Source of the DNA: Mobula hypostoma
Lineage: Eukaryota
Reading direction: 5' to 3'
NCBI RefSeq assembly: GCF_963921235.1
Contig: NC_086108.1
Span: 102,240,001-102,304,000 of the forward strand
DNA: 64,000 nucleotides
Shown: positions 51,101 through 59,609 of the stretch, one piece after another
How the letters are laid out: each line of letters starts with the position of its first letter
Position numbering within the stretch: the stretch's first letter is position 1
Position numbers and translations under genes: made by a program
The notes under the pieces: model-generated
Told to the model about the DNA's origin: nothing
The model's input: only the letters and a program-made list of their open reading frames with translations
The model's database searches: none

Positions 51101-53742
51101 AGTGCTGAGTGGAGGTGGATCTATCACGGTGCTACAGATTGCTTCTTCTGATGGAGTCACCATATGTGGTCTGGATATGTAGGTCTGGTTCCTCCTTTGA
51201 GCATACCAAGGTCCCACTTAGCTTCTGACCCAGTAGTTGTTTGGTGACCCCAAACGGATTGTCTATGAAAGCTGCTCACCTCCTAGCTCTCACCTTGTAG
51301 CATCTTCTATGCACTCAGCTCTGCACAGAGTCATAAGCCTCTTCCTGAGGGTACTACACAGCTTTACAGCAGTAGTCTCTACTCCTCACTGGCCGCCTTC
51401 TACCGACATTTCAGGCACCTCATTTCCTGGTAAATTTTGTGCATCTTCCTCGCTCTCTGGTTCATAGTGTATTGTGTTCTGGATGACTCCTGTTCCACTG
51501 CACCAAACCTTTCCTCAGCAAAGTTGACTATGATTGCTGTCATAGCCTGTAGTCATCTTTCAGCGTCTCCCTTCGGTGTTGCATCCAGCATCCTGTCAAA
51601 CTGACCCTAGACTGTCATCTCGCAGGTCTGTGGCTATTTTATTTGAGCCTTCTTAAAAGTTCTGCCTGTATGGGTTTGCAGCAACACATGGAAGCTCCAG
51701 CACCAGTGGTGAGACTCCGGGCCAGGCTCCTTCTGCATCTCACCATGTGCTCTCCCTATGCACTTTGTGGCTGCTTCACCCAACAGACATTTCATTTGGG
51801 ACTGGTGAATCTTCAAGCCTCAGTTGTTGTTGCAGATCTTCCCACAAATGCATCCGACACTCATCATCAATTTTCCATTTGCCTGGTTTGTTGACCTTGG
51901 GTCAGTCAGGTTGGGGTAGTAATCCACCCCTTCGGGATCCCCAACGGGTGTGTTTCCATTCGATGATCTGTAGCTTGCTTTGGGTTTCTTTCTCACAGAA
52001 GATACGGCTTTGGTTACTAACCCTTCCCTCCCCAGTTGCCATCTTTCCAGGTTGTCAAAGTCTTTCCAGATAGGTTAATTGATCATTGTAAAATTGTCCC
52101 CTGATTAGGTTAGGGTTGTGGGATTGCTGGGGCAGGCTAACTCGAAGAGCCAGAAGGGTCTACTCCATGCGGTATCGCTAAATAAATTTTAAAAATCATG
52201 GCTGATTTATTAGCCCTCCCAACCCAATTGTCCTGCCTTCTCTCCGTAACCATTGACACCCTTACTAATCAACCTTTGCTTTAAATTTTTCCAATTACTT
52301 GGCCTCCACAGCCATCTGTAGTAATGAATTCACAGATTCACCATGCTCTGGCTAAAGAAATTCCTCCTCATTCTGTTCTAAAAGCATGTTTTTGTATTCT
52401 GAAGCTGTGCCCCCAGTCCTAGACTCTCCCACTAAAGGCACTTCCTTTTCTGAGTGTGTAATAATAAAAAAGTTTTTAAAATAATAAAAAATTAATGACA
52501 TTTTCATTGGATTATCATTTTAAGCCAATATGTATTGCTAGATATTGATCACATCCAAATTTGGTTCAAGGAATTGAAACTATTAAGGGAAACATACCTA
52601 CAACTTTAAAGGCTTGCAGAGATTTCACAATCTCAACAACAAACAAACAGCTCTTCACTTTGCAACTCTAAATGACCAATTCTGTATGTTGACATATGCC
52701 CATTTGTTCTCGGATCAATCTCATCATCTAAAAATTGGAAGGAAACCCATTTATATACAAGTGATGGTACAACTCTGAAATTCTTTTCTATGAATGCAAA
52801 TTGAAGGGTCAAATGTTAATTTTACATCTGAGATTGATATCTTTTGTCATATAACAAAGCTATATGACAACATGTCACAGACAGCCATCACTTCACAGAT
52901 TAAATTTAATCATGATTCAATAGAGTAAATGACTTAACTTTTGTTCGTAAGATAAAGAAAAATGCTGAAGAAGGCATGCGAATGATTATATTTCATTAGG
53001 AGTTCAGGAGATTGGGTATGTCTCAAAAGAACACAAAAGATTTCTACTGATATATCACGAGCTTTTTGATCGGTTTCACCACAGACTGGAATAGAGGCAC
53101 CAATGCACAGGATCAGAAAAAGCTGCAGGGAGTTATAAACTCAACCAGCTCCATCATGGGCACTAACTCCTCAGCTTCGAAGACATCTTCAAAAAGTGAT
53201 AACTCAAGAATGCAGCATCCATCATTAAGGACTCTCATCATACAGGACATGCCCTCGTCTCATTACTACCATCAGAGAGGTGTAGGGGAGCCTGAACACA
53301 CACTCAGTGTCTGAGGAACAGTTTCTTCCCTTCTGTTATCAGATTTTTTTTATGGCCCATGAATCCAGCGTTATGCCTCTTTTATGTTATTTATTTATTT
53401 ATTGTAACGGTTTTTTTCTCCTGCAGCAAAACAAAAAATTTCGTGACATATGTAAGTAATAATAGATCTGATTCCAATGGTATTATACATTAAGCTTTAT
53501 GCCACAGAACATACAAGCATTAAGTCCCAGTGTGGATAACAGAATAGATGTTGAAAATAATAAAATGATGGAACCAGCAGTGCTATTGTTTCCGCTTTTA
53601 CCTTCTCATAGGATTGTGTAGTTGGTCTTTGATAATGTGGTTGTGATATCCAAGTGATGGGCAATAAAATTTTCACATCTCGAAAATAAGCTCGCTGTTT
53701 AGTGGCAGCATACAGGAAAGATGAGGCTGAAGTTATCATCTC
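2898..53742 (-). CDS. CLCA: CLCA-family calcium-activated chloride channel regulator (metalloprotease + Cys-rich + vWA + beta-rich + FnIII); 13 coding exons in window, 5'-incomplete
   Basis: Exons: 53742-53602, 39742-39592, 37160-37055, 31458-31302, 30406-30185, 23682-23458, 23374-23197, 19537-19431, 19346-19125, 19031-18761, 11128-10961, 7107-6871, 3148-2898. All have AG acceptors and GT donors (one GC), phases are compatible, and the total is 2436 nt (812 codons including stop). Family motifs: [59 protein letters not shown]. The paralog (CLCA1/2/4-like) cannot be assigned by eye. Confidence 0.95.
3915..6455 (-). mobile_element. Decayed Penelope-like element, most of the GIY-YIG region deleted
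   Basis: Fragment ORFs [26 protein letters not shown]..., colinear with the younger copy at 14626-17176; degenerate hammerhead-like motif near 3985-4017. Confidence 0.88.
6871..7107 (-). CDS. CLCA: CLCA exon 13 (237 bp): DSIQQN...[12 protein letters not shown]...[11 protein letters not shown]...[14 protein letters not shown] (FnIII)
   Basis: tttag|AC ... CTG|gtaatt; phase 1/1; open throughout; absent from the ORF track. Confidence 0.93.
7190..8600 (-). mobile_element. Rex1/Babar-like LINE 3' end, split by the solo LTR
   Basis: Reverse complement of the element at about 9765-10280, with ...ATAAACCTGATTCTG tail. Confidence 0.65.
7335..8336. mobile_element. Solo LTR (1002 bp), probably Gypsy-type
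   Basis: TG...CA termini; 4-bp TSD GTAT (7331-7334 / 8337-8340); removing it restores a Rex1-like LINE 3' end matching the copy near 10120-10170. Confidence 0.75.
8810..9085 (-). mobile_element. SINE; related copies at about 18238-18455(-), 30665-30960(+), 58435-58735(+), 59210-59500(+)
   Basis: Shared core ggagtttgtacgttctccccgtgacc..gggtttcctcc.ggtgctc.ggtttcctcccaca, typical of fish and shark SINEs; boundaries approximate. Confidence 0.6.
9090..10280 (+). mobile_element. Two tandem Rex1-like LINE 3' fragments
   Basis: Repeated [14 protein letters not shown] coding remnants, each followed by an AT-rich UTR ending aataaa(c)ctgattctga. Confidence 0.65.
9261..9447. mobile_element. 187-bp insertion with terminal inverted repeats (MITE-like or mini-LTR)
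   Basis: GTGTTAT...ATAACAC termini; AGGC duplicated at 9256-9259 / 9448-9451; interrupts the Rex1-like fragment. Confidence 0.55.
10961..11128 (-). CDS. CLCA: CLCA exon 12 (168 bp): [15 protein letters not shown]...[15 protein letters not shown], containing the predicted self-cleavage region
   Basis: tttag|AC ... ATG|gtaatg; phase 1/1; AMYIPG matches the CLCA autocleavage consensus region. Confidence 0.94.
12434..14263 (+). mobile_element. Young 5'-truncated CR1 LINE (RT domain and 3' end)
   Basis: ORF 12445..13701 with [10 protein letters not shown] and FADD; TSD ATATCC at 12428-12433 / 14264-14269; (TCTATG)n tail; near-identical to 48188-50014. Confidence 0.95.
14626..17176 (-). mobile_element. 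Young 5'-truncated Penelope-like element (RT + GIY-YIG endonuclease), frameshifted
   Basis: ORF 15989..17125 (ADKGG, LPKIHK, GRPIVS, GVAMG, YIDD); ORF 15055..15381 ([18 protein letters not shown]...RFAEH); 11-bp TSD TCATTTCCATG at 14615-14625 / 17177-17187. Confidence 0.96.
14725..14760 (-). ncRNA. Minimal type I hammerhead ribozyme motif in the Penelope 3' repeat
   Basis: Minus strand reads AGUC-CUGACGA-AGG(GUCUCGG)CCU-GAAAC-GUC-GACU: core CUGANGA/GAAA, GUC triplet, stem I AGUC/GACU, palindromic ACGU in place of stem III. Confidence 0.75.
18761..19031 (-). CDS. CLCA: CLCA exon 11 (271 bp): [11 protein letters not shown]...TVTSRAA...SIDLLDDGA
   Basis: ttcag|ACT ... CAG|gtaagt; phase 0/1; overlaps ORF 18747..19010. 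Confidence 0.94.
19125..19346 (-). CDS. CLCA: CLCA exon 10 (222 bp): [34 protein letters not shown]...RLAIPGTAE
   Basis: tacag|GTT ... GAG|gtatgg; phase 0/0. Confidence 0.93.
19431..19537 (-). CDS. CLCA: CLCA exon 9 (107 bp): [36 protein letters not shown]
   Basis: atcag|GT ... CAG|gtttgt; phase 1/0; LIDAF and QQSIQ motifs. Confidence 0.92.
21060..22295 (+). mobile_element. Rex1-like LINE 3' region with two nested short insertions (about 21222-21590 and 22062-22255)
   Basis: [21 protein letters not shown] coding remnant; colinear with 35650-36200 once the inserts are removed. Confidence 0.7.
23197..23374 (-). CDS. CLCA: CLCA exon 8 (178 bp), v[30 protein letters not shown]...[24 protein letters not shown] donor
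   Basis: ttcag|GTA ... ACAG|gcaagg; phase 0/1; joins exon 9 to give the conserved MTGG. Confidence 0.9.
23458..23682 (-). CDS. CLCA: CLCA exon 7 (225 bp), v[22 protein letters not shown]...[20 protein letters not shown]
   Basis: aatag|GCA ... CAG|gtaagt; phase 0/0. Confidence 0.93.
23780..24482 (+). mobile_element. Decayed CR1 endonuclease-domain fragment
   Basis: GVIYRPP and (G)DFN remnants. Confidence 0.75.
24483..29355 (-). mobile_element. Stack of nested antisense CR1 elements (about 24483-25655 + 26598-26800; 25657-26597; 26815-29355)
   Basis: Three separate CR1 3' tails; RT and EN remnants in ORFs 25275..25517, 25829..26101, 27653..27943, 28052..28903, 29031..29327. Confidence 0.85.
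26345..26535. mobile_element. 191-bp fold-back Penelope-end insertion with a hammerhead-like motif
   Basis: 12-bp TSD TCTTACCATTAA (26333-26344 / 26536-26547); inverted arms; CTGACGA-AGGGTTCCGGCCC-GAAAC. Confidence 0.8.
30185..30406 (-). CDS. CLCA: CLCA exon 6 (222 bp): [22 protein letters not shown]...[15 protein letters not shown] (start of vWA, DxSxS)
   Basis: tttcag|GTG ... GTG|gtatga; phase 0/0. Confidence 0.93.
31302..31458 (-). CDS. CLCA: CLCA exon 5 (157 bp), Cys-rich: [52 protein letters not shown]
   Basis: ttcag|G ... GAT|gtaagt; phase 2/0; ASIMY motif. Confidence 0.92.
32053..33285 (-). mobile_element. Decayed CR1 3' region
   Basis: KCMVLHF and KANAMLAFI remnants plus CR1 tail. 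Confidence 0.8.
32735..32883. mobile_element. 149-bp fold-back Penelope-end insertion
   Basis: 14-bp TSD TGAATGTTTGAGGA (32721-32734 / 32884-32897); same family as 26345-26535. Confidence 0.8.
34285..36200 (+). mobile_element. Decayed Rex1/Babar-like LINE (RT and 3' end)
   Basis: [48 protein letters not shown] remnants. Confidence 0.8.
37055..37160 (-). CDS. CLCA: CLCA exon 4 (106 bp) with HExxH zinc-protease motif: [35 protein letters not shown]
   Basis: ttctag|GT ... GG|gtgagt; phase 1/2; too short for the ORF track, translated by hand. Confidence 0.95.
39592..39742 (-). CDS. CLCA: CLCA exon 3 (151 bp): [50 protein letters not shown]
   Basis: actag|GCT ... GAG|gtaaca; phase 0/1; DDPYT and CGE.G.YIHLTP family motifs. 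Confidence 0.95.
40945..43117 (-). mobile_element. 5'-truncated L1-clade LINE (ORF2 RT 3' half, C-terminal CCHC, A-rich tail)
   Basis: CPLSPLL...LEPLA, LYADD, SGYKLN, YLGVKI, CDRC...HMFWSC in ORFs 42199..43473, 41643..42092, 41322..41567. Confidence 0.92.
43118..43449 (-). mobile_element. Short CR1 3' fragment; its tail is displaced to 50117-50217 on the opposite strand
   Basis: [15 protein letters not shown] remnant; ends in AGAAGATTGGAGCT, which continues at 50117(+). Confidence 0.8.
43450..44165 (+). mobile_element. HERO/NeSL-like (R2-group) non-LTR element, post-RT part
   Basis: [11 protein letters not shown]...[10 protein letters not shown]...PRILW..LVHEV...[11 protein letters not shown]. 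Confidence 0.75.
44686..45960 (-). mobile_element. Decayed Tc1 transposon, only one terminus visible
   Basis: [58 protein letters not shown]-like cagtacctataaaaactattcacc at 44686. Confidence 0.9.
45984..50031 (+). mobile_element. Near full-length young CR1 LINE: ORF1 (Zn-finger-like + coiled coil + SGNH esterase) and disrupted ORF2 (APE endonuclease + RT)
   Basis: ORF1 from ATG 46096 to 47037 with GDS, GTND, DGLHL; ORF2 about 47170-49962 with a frameshift near 47360 and stops at 47443-47445 and 49528-49530; AAGA duplicated at 45980-45983 / 50032-50035. Confidence 0.95.
50218..52070 (-). mobile_element. HERO/NeSL-like non-LTR element, 5' part including RT, decayed
   Basis: [57 protein letters not shown]. 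Confidence 0.8.
52960..53480 (+). mobile_element. Rex1-like LINE 3' fragment
   Basis: Similar to 9090-10280, with the same aata..tctgattc tail. Confidence 0.6.
53602..53742 (-). CDS. CLCA: CLCA exon 2 (141 bp): [47 protein letters not shown]
   Basis: tttag|GAG ... AAG|gtaaaa; phase 0/0; matches the CLCA N-terminal domain. Confidence 0.93.
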
Positions 53743-53799
53743 CTAAAGGAAACATAATTTTAGTAATATTTTAGAATATTTGGACAGAAAGAACGCATA

Positions 53800-54860
53800 C
53801 AGCAGGATGTTCAGAATGCAACACCATCATCCCCCTCAAAACTAAACAATAATCTCCAAGACCTTGCCCGAATACATCCTTGTGCAATTGAATATTTGAT
53901 TTCCTCACTTGCAGACCTCAGTCTGTTTGGATTGGTAACAACATCCTCTCCATAATCTCTATCAACACAGATGCATCACAAGGCTGTGTGATTAGCCCCT
54001 AGCTCGACTCGTTTTATACTTATGACTGTGCGGCTGAGCACAGCTCCAATTCCATATTCAAGTTTACTGATGTCTCCACCGTCATAGGCCAAATCAAAGG
54101 TGGTAATAAAGCAGCGTATAGGAGAGAGATTGAAAATCTAGCTGAGTGGTGTCATATCAACAACATCTTACTCCATGTCAGTAAGACCAAAAATTATAGA
54201 TTTCAAGAGAAGGAAACCAGAGGTCCATGAGCCAGTCCTCATCCAAGGATCAGAGGTGGAGAGAGTTTGCCGCTTCAAGTTCCTCGGTGTTAATATTTTG
54301 GGGGACCTGTCCTGTCCCAGCATGCAAGTGCATTTACGAAGAAAGCACAACAGGGACTCTACTTCCTTAGATGTTTGTTCATTCAGCATGACATCTAAAA
54401 CTTTGACTAACTTCTATAGATATGTGGTGGAGAGTATATAGACTGGCTGCATCACAACCTGGTATGGAAACACCAATACCCTTGGACAGAATACTCTACA
54501 AAAAGTAGTGGATACAACTCAGTCCATCATGGGTAAGGCCCTTCCAGCCATTGAACATATCTACATGACACGCTGTCACAGGAAACCTCATCCATCATCA
54601 GAGATCTCCATTGCTCAGGGCATTCTCTCTTCTTGCTGCAGCCATCAGCAAGAATGTACAGGAGCCTGAGGACTCACACCTCCAGGTTCAGGAACAGTTA
54701 TTACCTGTCAACTATCAGACTCTTAAACCAAAGGGGTTAACCACTCAACTTCATTCACCCCCTCATTGAAATGTTCCCTCAACCTATGGACTCACTTTCA
54801 AGGACTCTTTATATCTAGTTCTTGATATTTATTCCTCATTTATTTATTTTTATTTTTATT
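53800..54860 (+). mobile_element. Rex1-like LINE RT and 3' fragment
   Basis: Colinear with 35080-36010 (FKFLGV, TNFYRYVVESI). Confidence 0.75.
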
Positions 54861-54884
54861 TCCACAATAAAAATCTATAAAACA

Positions 54885-56340
54885 TGAAGAGCTTCTCTTA
54901 TCGTGGGATCCATTGATCAATAAAGACAGACATTGAAGATGAAATTCACCACCACCTTTGTGAATTTCATCATTGATGTCTTTGCTGAGCACCTGTAAAG
55001 TATCTTGCCATCTGAAGAGGATATGTAAATCCAACCACCTATAAGACAGCAGTAATCCCTGCTCTCCAATGTGCTTTTGAGAGCTGGACTACCTCCAACA
55101 GGTAAATAAAGAACCAAAAGGATGTTACCTCCATAATATCTTCCAAATTAACTTTGAAGATAAATGAACCAGTGGCAGTATCCTCTTCTAAGCCAAAATA
55201 CATAGCTTTGACATTCTAATTACACCCAGCCAGTTCTGACAGGTAGGCAGGCTGTTCACATACTCAATACTAGGCTCCCAACAAAGACTCTCTCTTCCAA
55301 GTTTTATTACAAGAAGAGATTTCCAAACAGAAGGAAAAGATGTAATGATGGTTTCAAAGCCTGGTCTATAACCACTCAGACTAGAGCAGCGGTCCCCAAC
55401 CACCGGGCCGCAGACCAGTACCGGGCCACAAAGCATGTGCTACGGGGCCGCGAGGAAACGATATGAATCAACTGCAACTTTCCTCATTCGCTGTCACGCA
55501 CTGTTGAACTTGAACATAGGGTTGCCAACTGTCTCGTATTTGCTGGCCCGTATATTGGGCTAAATTGGTTTGTCCCGTATTTCCCCCGCTAAGGTAGAGC
55601 GTTCCTATGAAACGTTTCATGCCGAAATGGCGTGAAGCGAAGAAGCAATTACTATTAATTTATATGGGAAAATTTTTTGAGTGTTCCCAGACCCAAAAAA
55701 ATAACCTACCAAATCATACCAAATAACACATAAAACCAAAAATAAATAACACTAACATATAGTAAAAGCAGGAATGATATGATAAATACACAGCCTATAT
55801 AAAGTAGAAATAATGTATGTACAGTATAGTCGGGAAGATGAAGGCAACACCGATTTGTGGGGGAAAAAGATCGGCACATGCGCAACAGGTGCCTGCGCAA
55901 GGCTTCATGGTCATGTTAGTCTTTCCTGGGGTAAAGTGTCCCGGGATTTGACTGCTACTTTTGTCCCTTATTTGGGAGTGAGAAAGTTGGCAACCCTAAC
56001 TGTAAAAGACATGCTGAGGTGAGTTTAACCGTACTTGAACACCGCCCCCCGACCCGGTCGGCTGGTCCGCAAGAATATTGTCAATATTAAATCGGTCCGC
56101 AGCGCAAAAAAGGTTGGGGACCCCTGGACTAGAGAATGACCATTTTGGATGGTACTGAGAGCATGCAGAGGCTCAGAAGAAACAGCAGGAGCACCACCTC
56201 ATAAACTACCAACTCACATAACCTGCCCCATCTACAGCAGAAAATAAAAGGACATTATTGGTCTTAATACAGCTCATAACCCACAGAACTGTACTAGAAA
56301 CAAATGATAGTTAACCCCATGGAATGCCCGGGTACATTCA
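54885..56340 (+). mobile_element. Highly decayed RTE-like LINE remnant, interrupted by a hAT element
   Basis: DIEDEIHHHL-like, RLP-like and terminal TCP...HIIGL-like remnants. Confidence 0.45.
55387..56126. mobile_element. Non-autonomous hAT (Charlie-like) DNA transposon, 740 bp
   Basis: TIRs CAGCGGTCCCCAACC / GGTTGGGGACCCCTG; perfect 8-bp TSD GACTAGAG (55379-55386 / 56127-56134). Confidence 0.92.
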
Positions 56341-56544
56341 AATGATAGCGTCAAGCCAACTCTTCCATGCTGACCAATTTCCTAACTGAGCTATTCCCAT
56401 TGACCTACATTTGGCCCATAACTCTCCAAGGCTTACCTATCCAAGGACCTGTATAAATGACTTCTAAATGTTGTATTTCTATCCACCCCTACACCTTCAA
56501 CTGGCAAATTGTTACATGTACCTACTGTATGTGGATTATTGGAA

Positions 56545-57660
56545 CCTTTCCTGGGGAAGGAGTGAAAGTACAAGTGGGAACCAATATCCTGGGAGGGAGG
56601 TTTGCTAATGCTGTTGGAGAGGGTTATTACTAGATTTGAAGCGGGGTGGAAACCGAACTGAAGTGGTAGAGGAGGGGTGGATGGCGTAAAAGTAGAGACA
56701 GCTTGTGGGGAGTTTGTGAGGAAGGATAAGCAGCTGATAGAGCAAAGATGCACTCAGCCAGATGGCTTGAGGTGTGTCTATTTTAATGCAAGTATCATAA
56801 ACAAGGCGGATGAACACAGAGTGTGGATCAATATGTGGAACTATGACATTATGGCCATCACAGAGACTTTAATGTGCCAGGCTTTAGATGTTTCAAAAGA
56901 GACAGGAAAGAGGCAAAAGAGGTGGGGGAGTGGCATTGCTAATCAGGGATAGTATCATGGCTGCCAAAAAGGAGGAACTCATGGAGGGATTGTCTACTGA
57001 GACATTGTGGGTGGGTGTCAGAAACAGGAAGGGGGCAATAACTCTATTGGGTGTTTTTCATAGAACCACCCCCCCCCCCAGTAGTAACAAAGACATCGAG
57101 GAGCAGATAGGGAGGCAGATTCTGGAACAGTGCAATAATAATAGGGTTGTTGTGATGGGTGATTTTAACTTTCCTAATATTGACTGGCATCTCCTTAGAG
57201 CAAGGGGTTTAGATGGAGTGGAGTTTGTTAGGTGAGTTCAGGAAGGTTTCCTGATGCAATATGTAGTTAAGCCAACTAGAGGAAAGGCTGTACTTGATCT
57301 AGTATTGGAAAATGAACCTGGTCAGTTGTCAGATCTCTCAGTGGGAGAGCATTTTAGAGATACTGATCACAACTCTATCTCCTTTACCATAGTGCTGGAG
57401 AGGGATAGGAGCAGACAATTTGGGAAAGCATCTAATTGGGGTAGGGGGAAATATGATGCTATTTGGCAGGAACTTGGGAACATAAATTGGGAGATGTTCT
57501 CAGGGAAATACACGGCAGAAATGTGGCGAAAGTTCAGGGAACATTTGCACGGCATTCTGCATAGATATGTTCCATTAAGGCAGGGAAGGATGGTAGGGTA
57601 AAAGAACCATGGTGTACAAAGGAGGTAGAAAATCTGGTTAAGAAGGAAAGAAAAATTTCC
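56545..57660 (+). mobile_element. CR1 fragment (ORF1 end and endonuclease domain)
   Basis: GLRCVYFNAS, AITET, GGGVALLI, MGDFNFP, TDHN; related to 46960-48080. Confidence 0.85.
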
Positions 57661-59609
57661 TATAGGCAGGCAAGCTGGACTGCACACAATTTTCTAAATG
57701 GAGTCTCACCAACATTGTACAACCCAAAGTTCAAAGTGCATTTATTATCAAAGTATGTATGCAGTATACAACCCTGAGGTTCATCTTACTACAGAGAGCC
57801 ATGAAACAAAGAAACACCATGGCATCCAAAGAAAAGAAAACACCCAATGCACAAAAACAGGAACAAAAACGCAAATGGCAAAAAAAACAAGTGAAAATCA
57901 CAGAATATACAACATCAAACCAGAGAGTTATTAAACAGTCAAGGAATATTCAGTTTAGTTCAGTTCAATTTAATGCTGTCATTCACTGATTGCTGCTACA
58001 GAGCCAGTCCACTCTGATCGAAATCGTACAATATAGCAAAGAGAAAGGGAGTAGCCAGAAACTGTAACATGCTGTTCCAATTCTTGTACTCAGTGCCCTG
58101 ATCAACGAAGCCAAATGTCCCAAATGACTTCTTCATCATCTGTCTGCCCATGTCACCACTTCTAAGGAACTACATACTTGTCCCCTCAGTCTCTCTGTTC
58201 TATAACACTCTCCAGGGCTCTGCTATTTACTGAGTGGGTCCTGCCCTGGTTCACTTCCCAAACAGCAACACTTTGCATTTGTCTGAGTTGAATTCTATCT
58301 GCCATTCCCTTGTCCACTTTCCCAGTTGATCTATATCCTGTTGTAATCTTAGCCAACCTTCTTCACTATCCAGTAAAAAACCAATATTGGTGTCATTACA
58401 AACTATACTGGCCTCCTGTAAATTCTTAAACTTGGGTGCTATGGTAGGGTAGCGGCTAGCACAACATCATTACAGCTCAGGGTGTTCTAGATTTCAGTGT
58501 TCAAATCTGCAGTCATTCTGTAAGGAGTCTCTGTACGTCCTCCGTACATCATGGAATGCATTTCATTTGTCCAGGTGCTCACATTCTGATGATATACTGG
58601 GTATGTTAAGTGGTCATTGTAAATTGTACCGTGATTAGGTTAGGGTTAATCAGGTTTGTCAGGGGTTACTGGGGTGATGTGATTTGAAGGGCCAGAATGG
58701 CCTAATCCTCATTGTATTGCTAAATAAATAAATGAATAAACTCGCAAACTTACAAACGATGCCAACCAAATCATTAACGTAAATGATAAACAACAGCAAA
58801 CCCAGCACCAAACCCTGCAGCACAGGCCTCCCTCCACGATCACCCTCCAAATCCCACTACCAAGCCAATTTTCTATCCATTCAGAATAGCCTGGGCAAGT
58901 AACTCTAATTCACTCTGCAGATAGAGAGCATTGCAGCCTCTGTCAACTGGTCGAGTGATTGAATGCTTAGGATGGTTCATGGATCACAATTCATCATGCT
59001 GCTTTGTCCTGGATCATGAGAGCTGTTGGAGATGCACTCATCAATGCCAGTGAAAAGTATGCTATCATGTTTCAGATTTGTGCCATGCAGATGGTGGAAA
59101 GGCTAACCACTGACTTGCTCTCAGGGCTATGCCAATTATGTGACTGGTCCAGTTAAGCCAATGGTCATCGATAACTTTAGGAGATTGAGAGTGCATGTTT
59201 CAATATCAGAAGGGGCTGTTAGCATATTGCTTCACAGTGCTAGTGATTGGCATTCAGTTCACACTGCTGTCTGTAAAGAGTTAGTACATTCTCCCCATTT
59301 TTCTGGGTGCTCAGTTTCCTCCCACATTCCACATGTGGATAGTAAGTTGTGGGCACGCTATGTTAGCACCGGAAGCATGGCGAGACTTGCAGGCTGCTCC
59401 AGCACATCCTCAGACTGTATTGATCATTGACACAAATAACGCATTATACTCTATGTTTCATAACACTCTATGTCTCAATATACATTTGAGAAATAGAGCC
59501 AATCTTTCTTCTTCCCTCAATGCCATTACATGTCAAATGTATGTGATTTGACATTCTTTCTGCATTGGAGATGATAATGGTGCAAATATTACTTGCCCCG
59601 ATCAGCACA

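Noticed and set aside
54929..54980. Imperfect 21-bp inverted repeat (gacattgaagatgaaattcac / gtgaatttcatcattgatgtc)
   Set aside because: Three mismatches; best explained as a local inversion or head-to-head fragments within a decayed RTE-like LINE.
55039..55134. ATG-initiated hydrophobic peptide MEVTSFWFFIYLLEVVQLSKAHW... on the minus strand as candidate CLCA exon 1
   Set aside because: It hits TAG after 31 codons, lacks the conserved exon-1 motifs, and lies within an RTE-like remnant.
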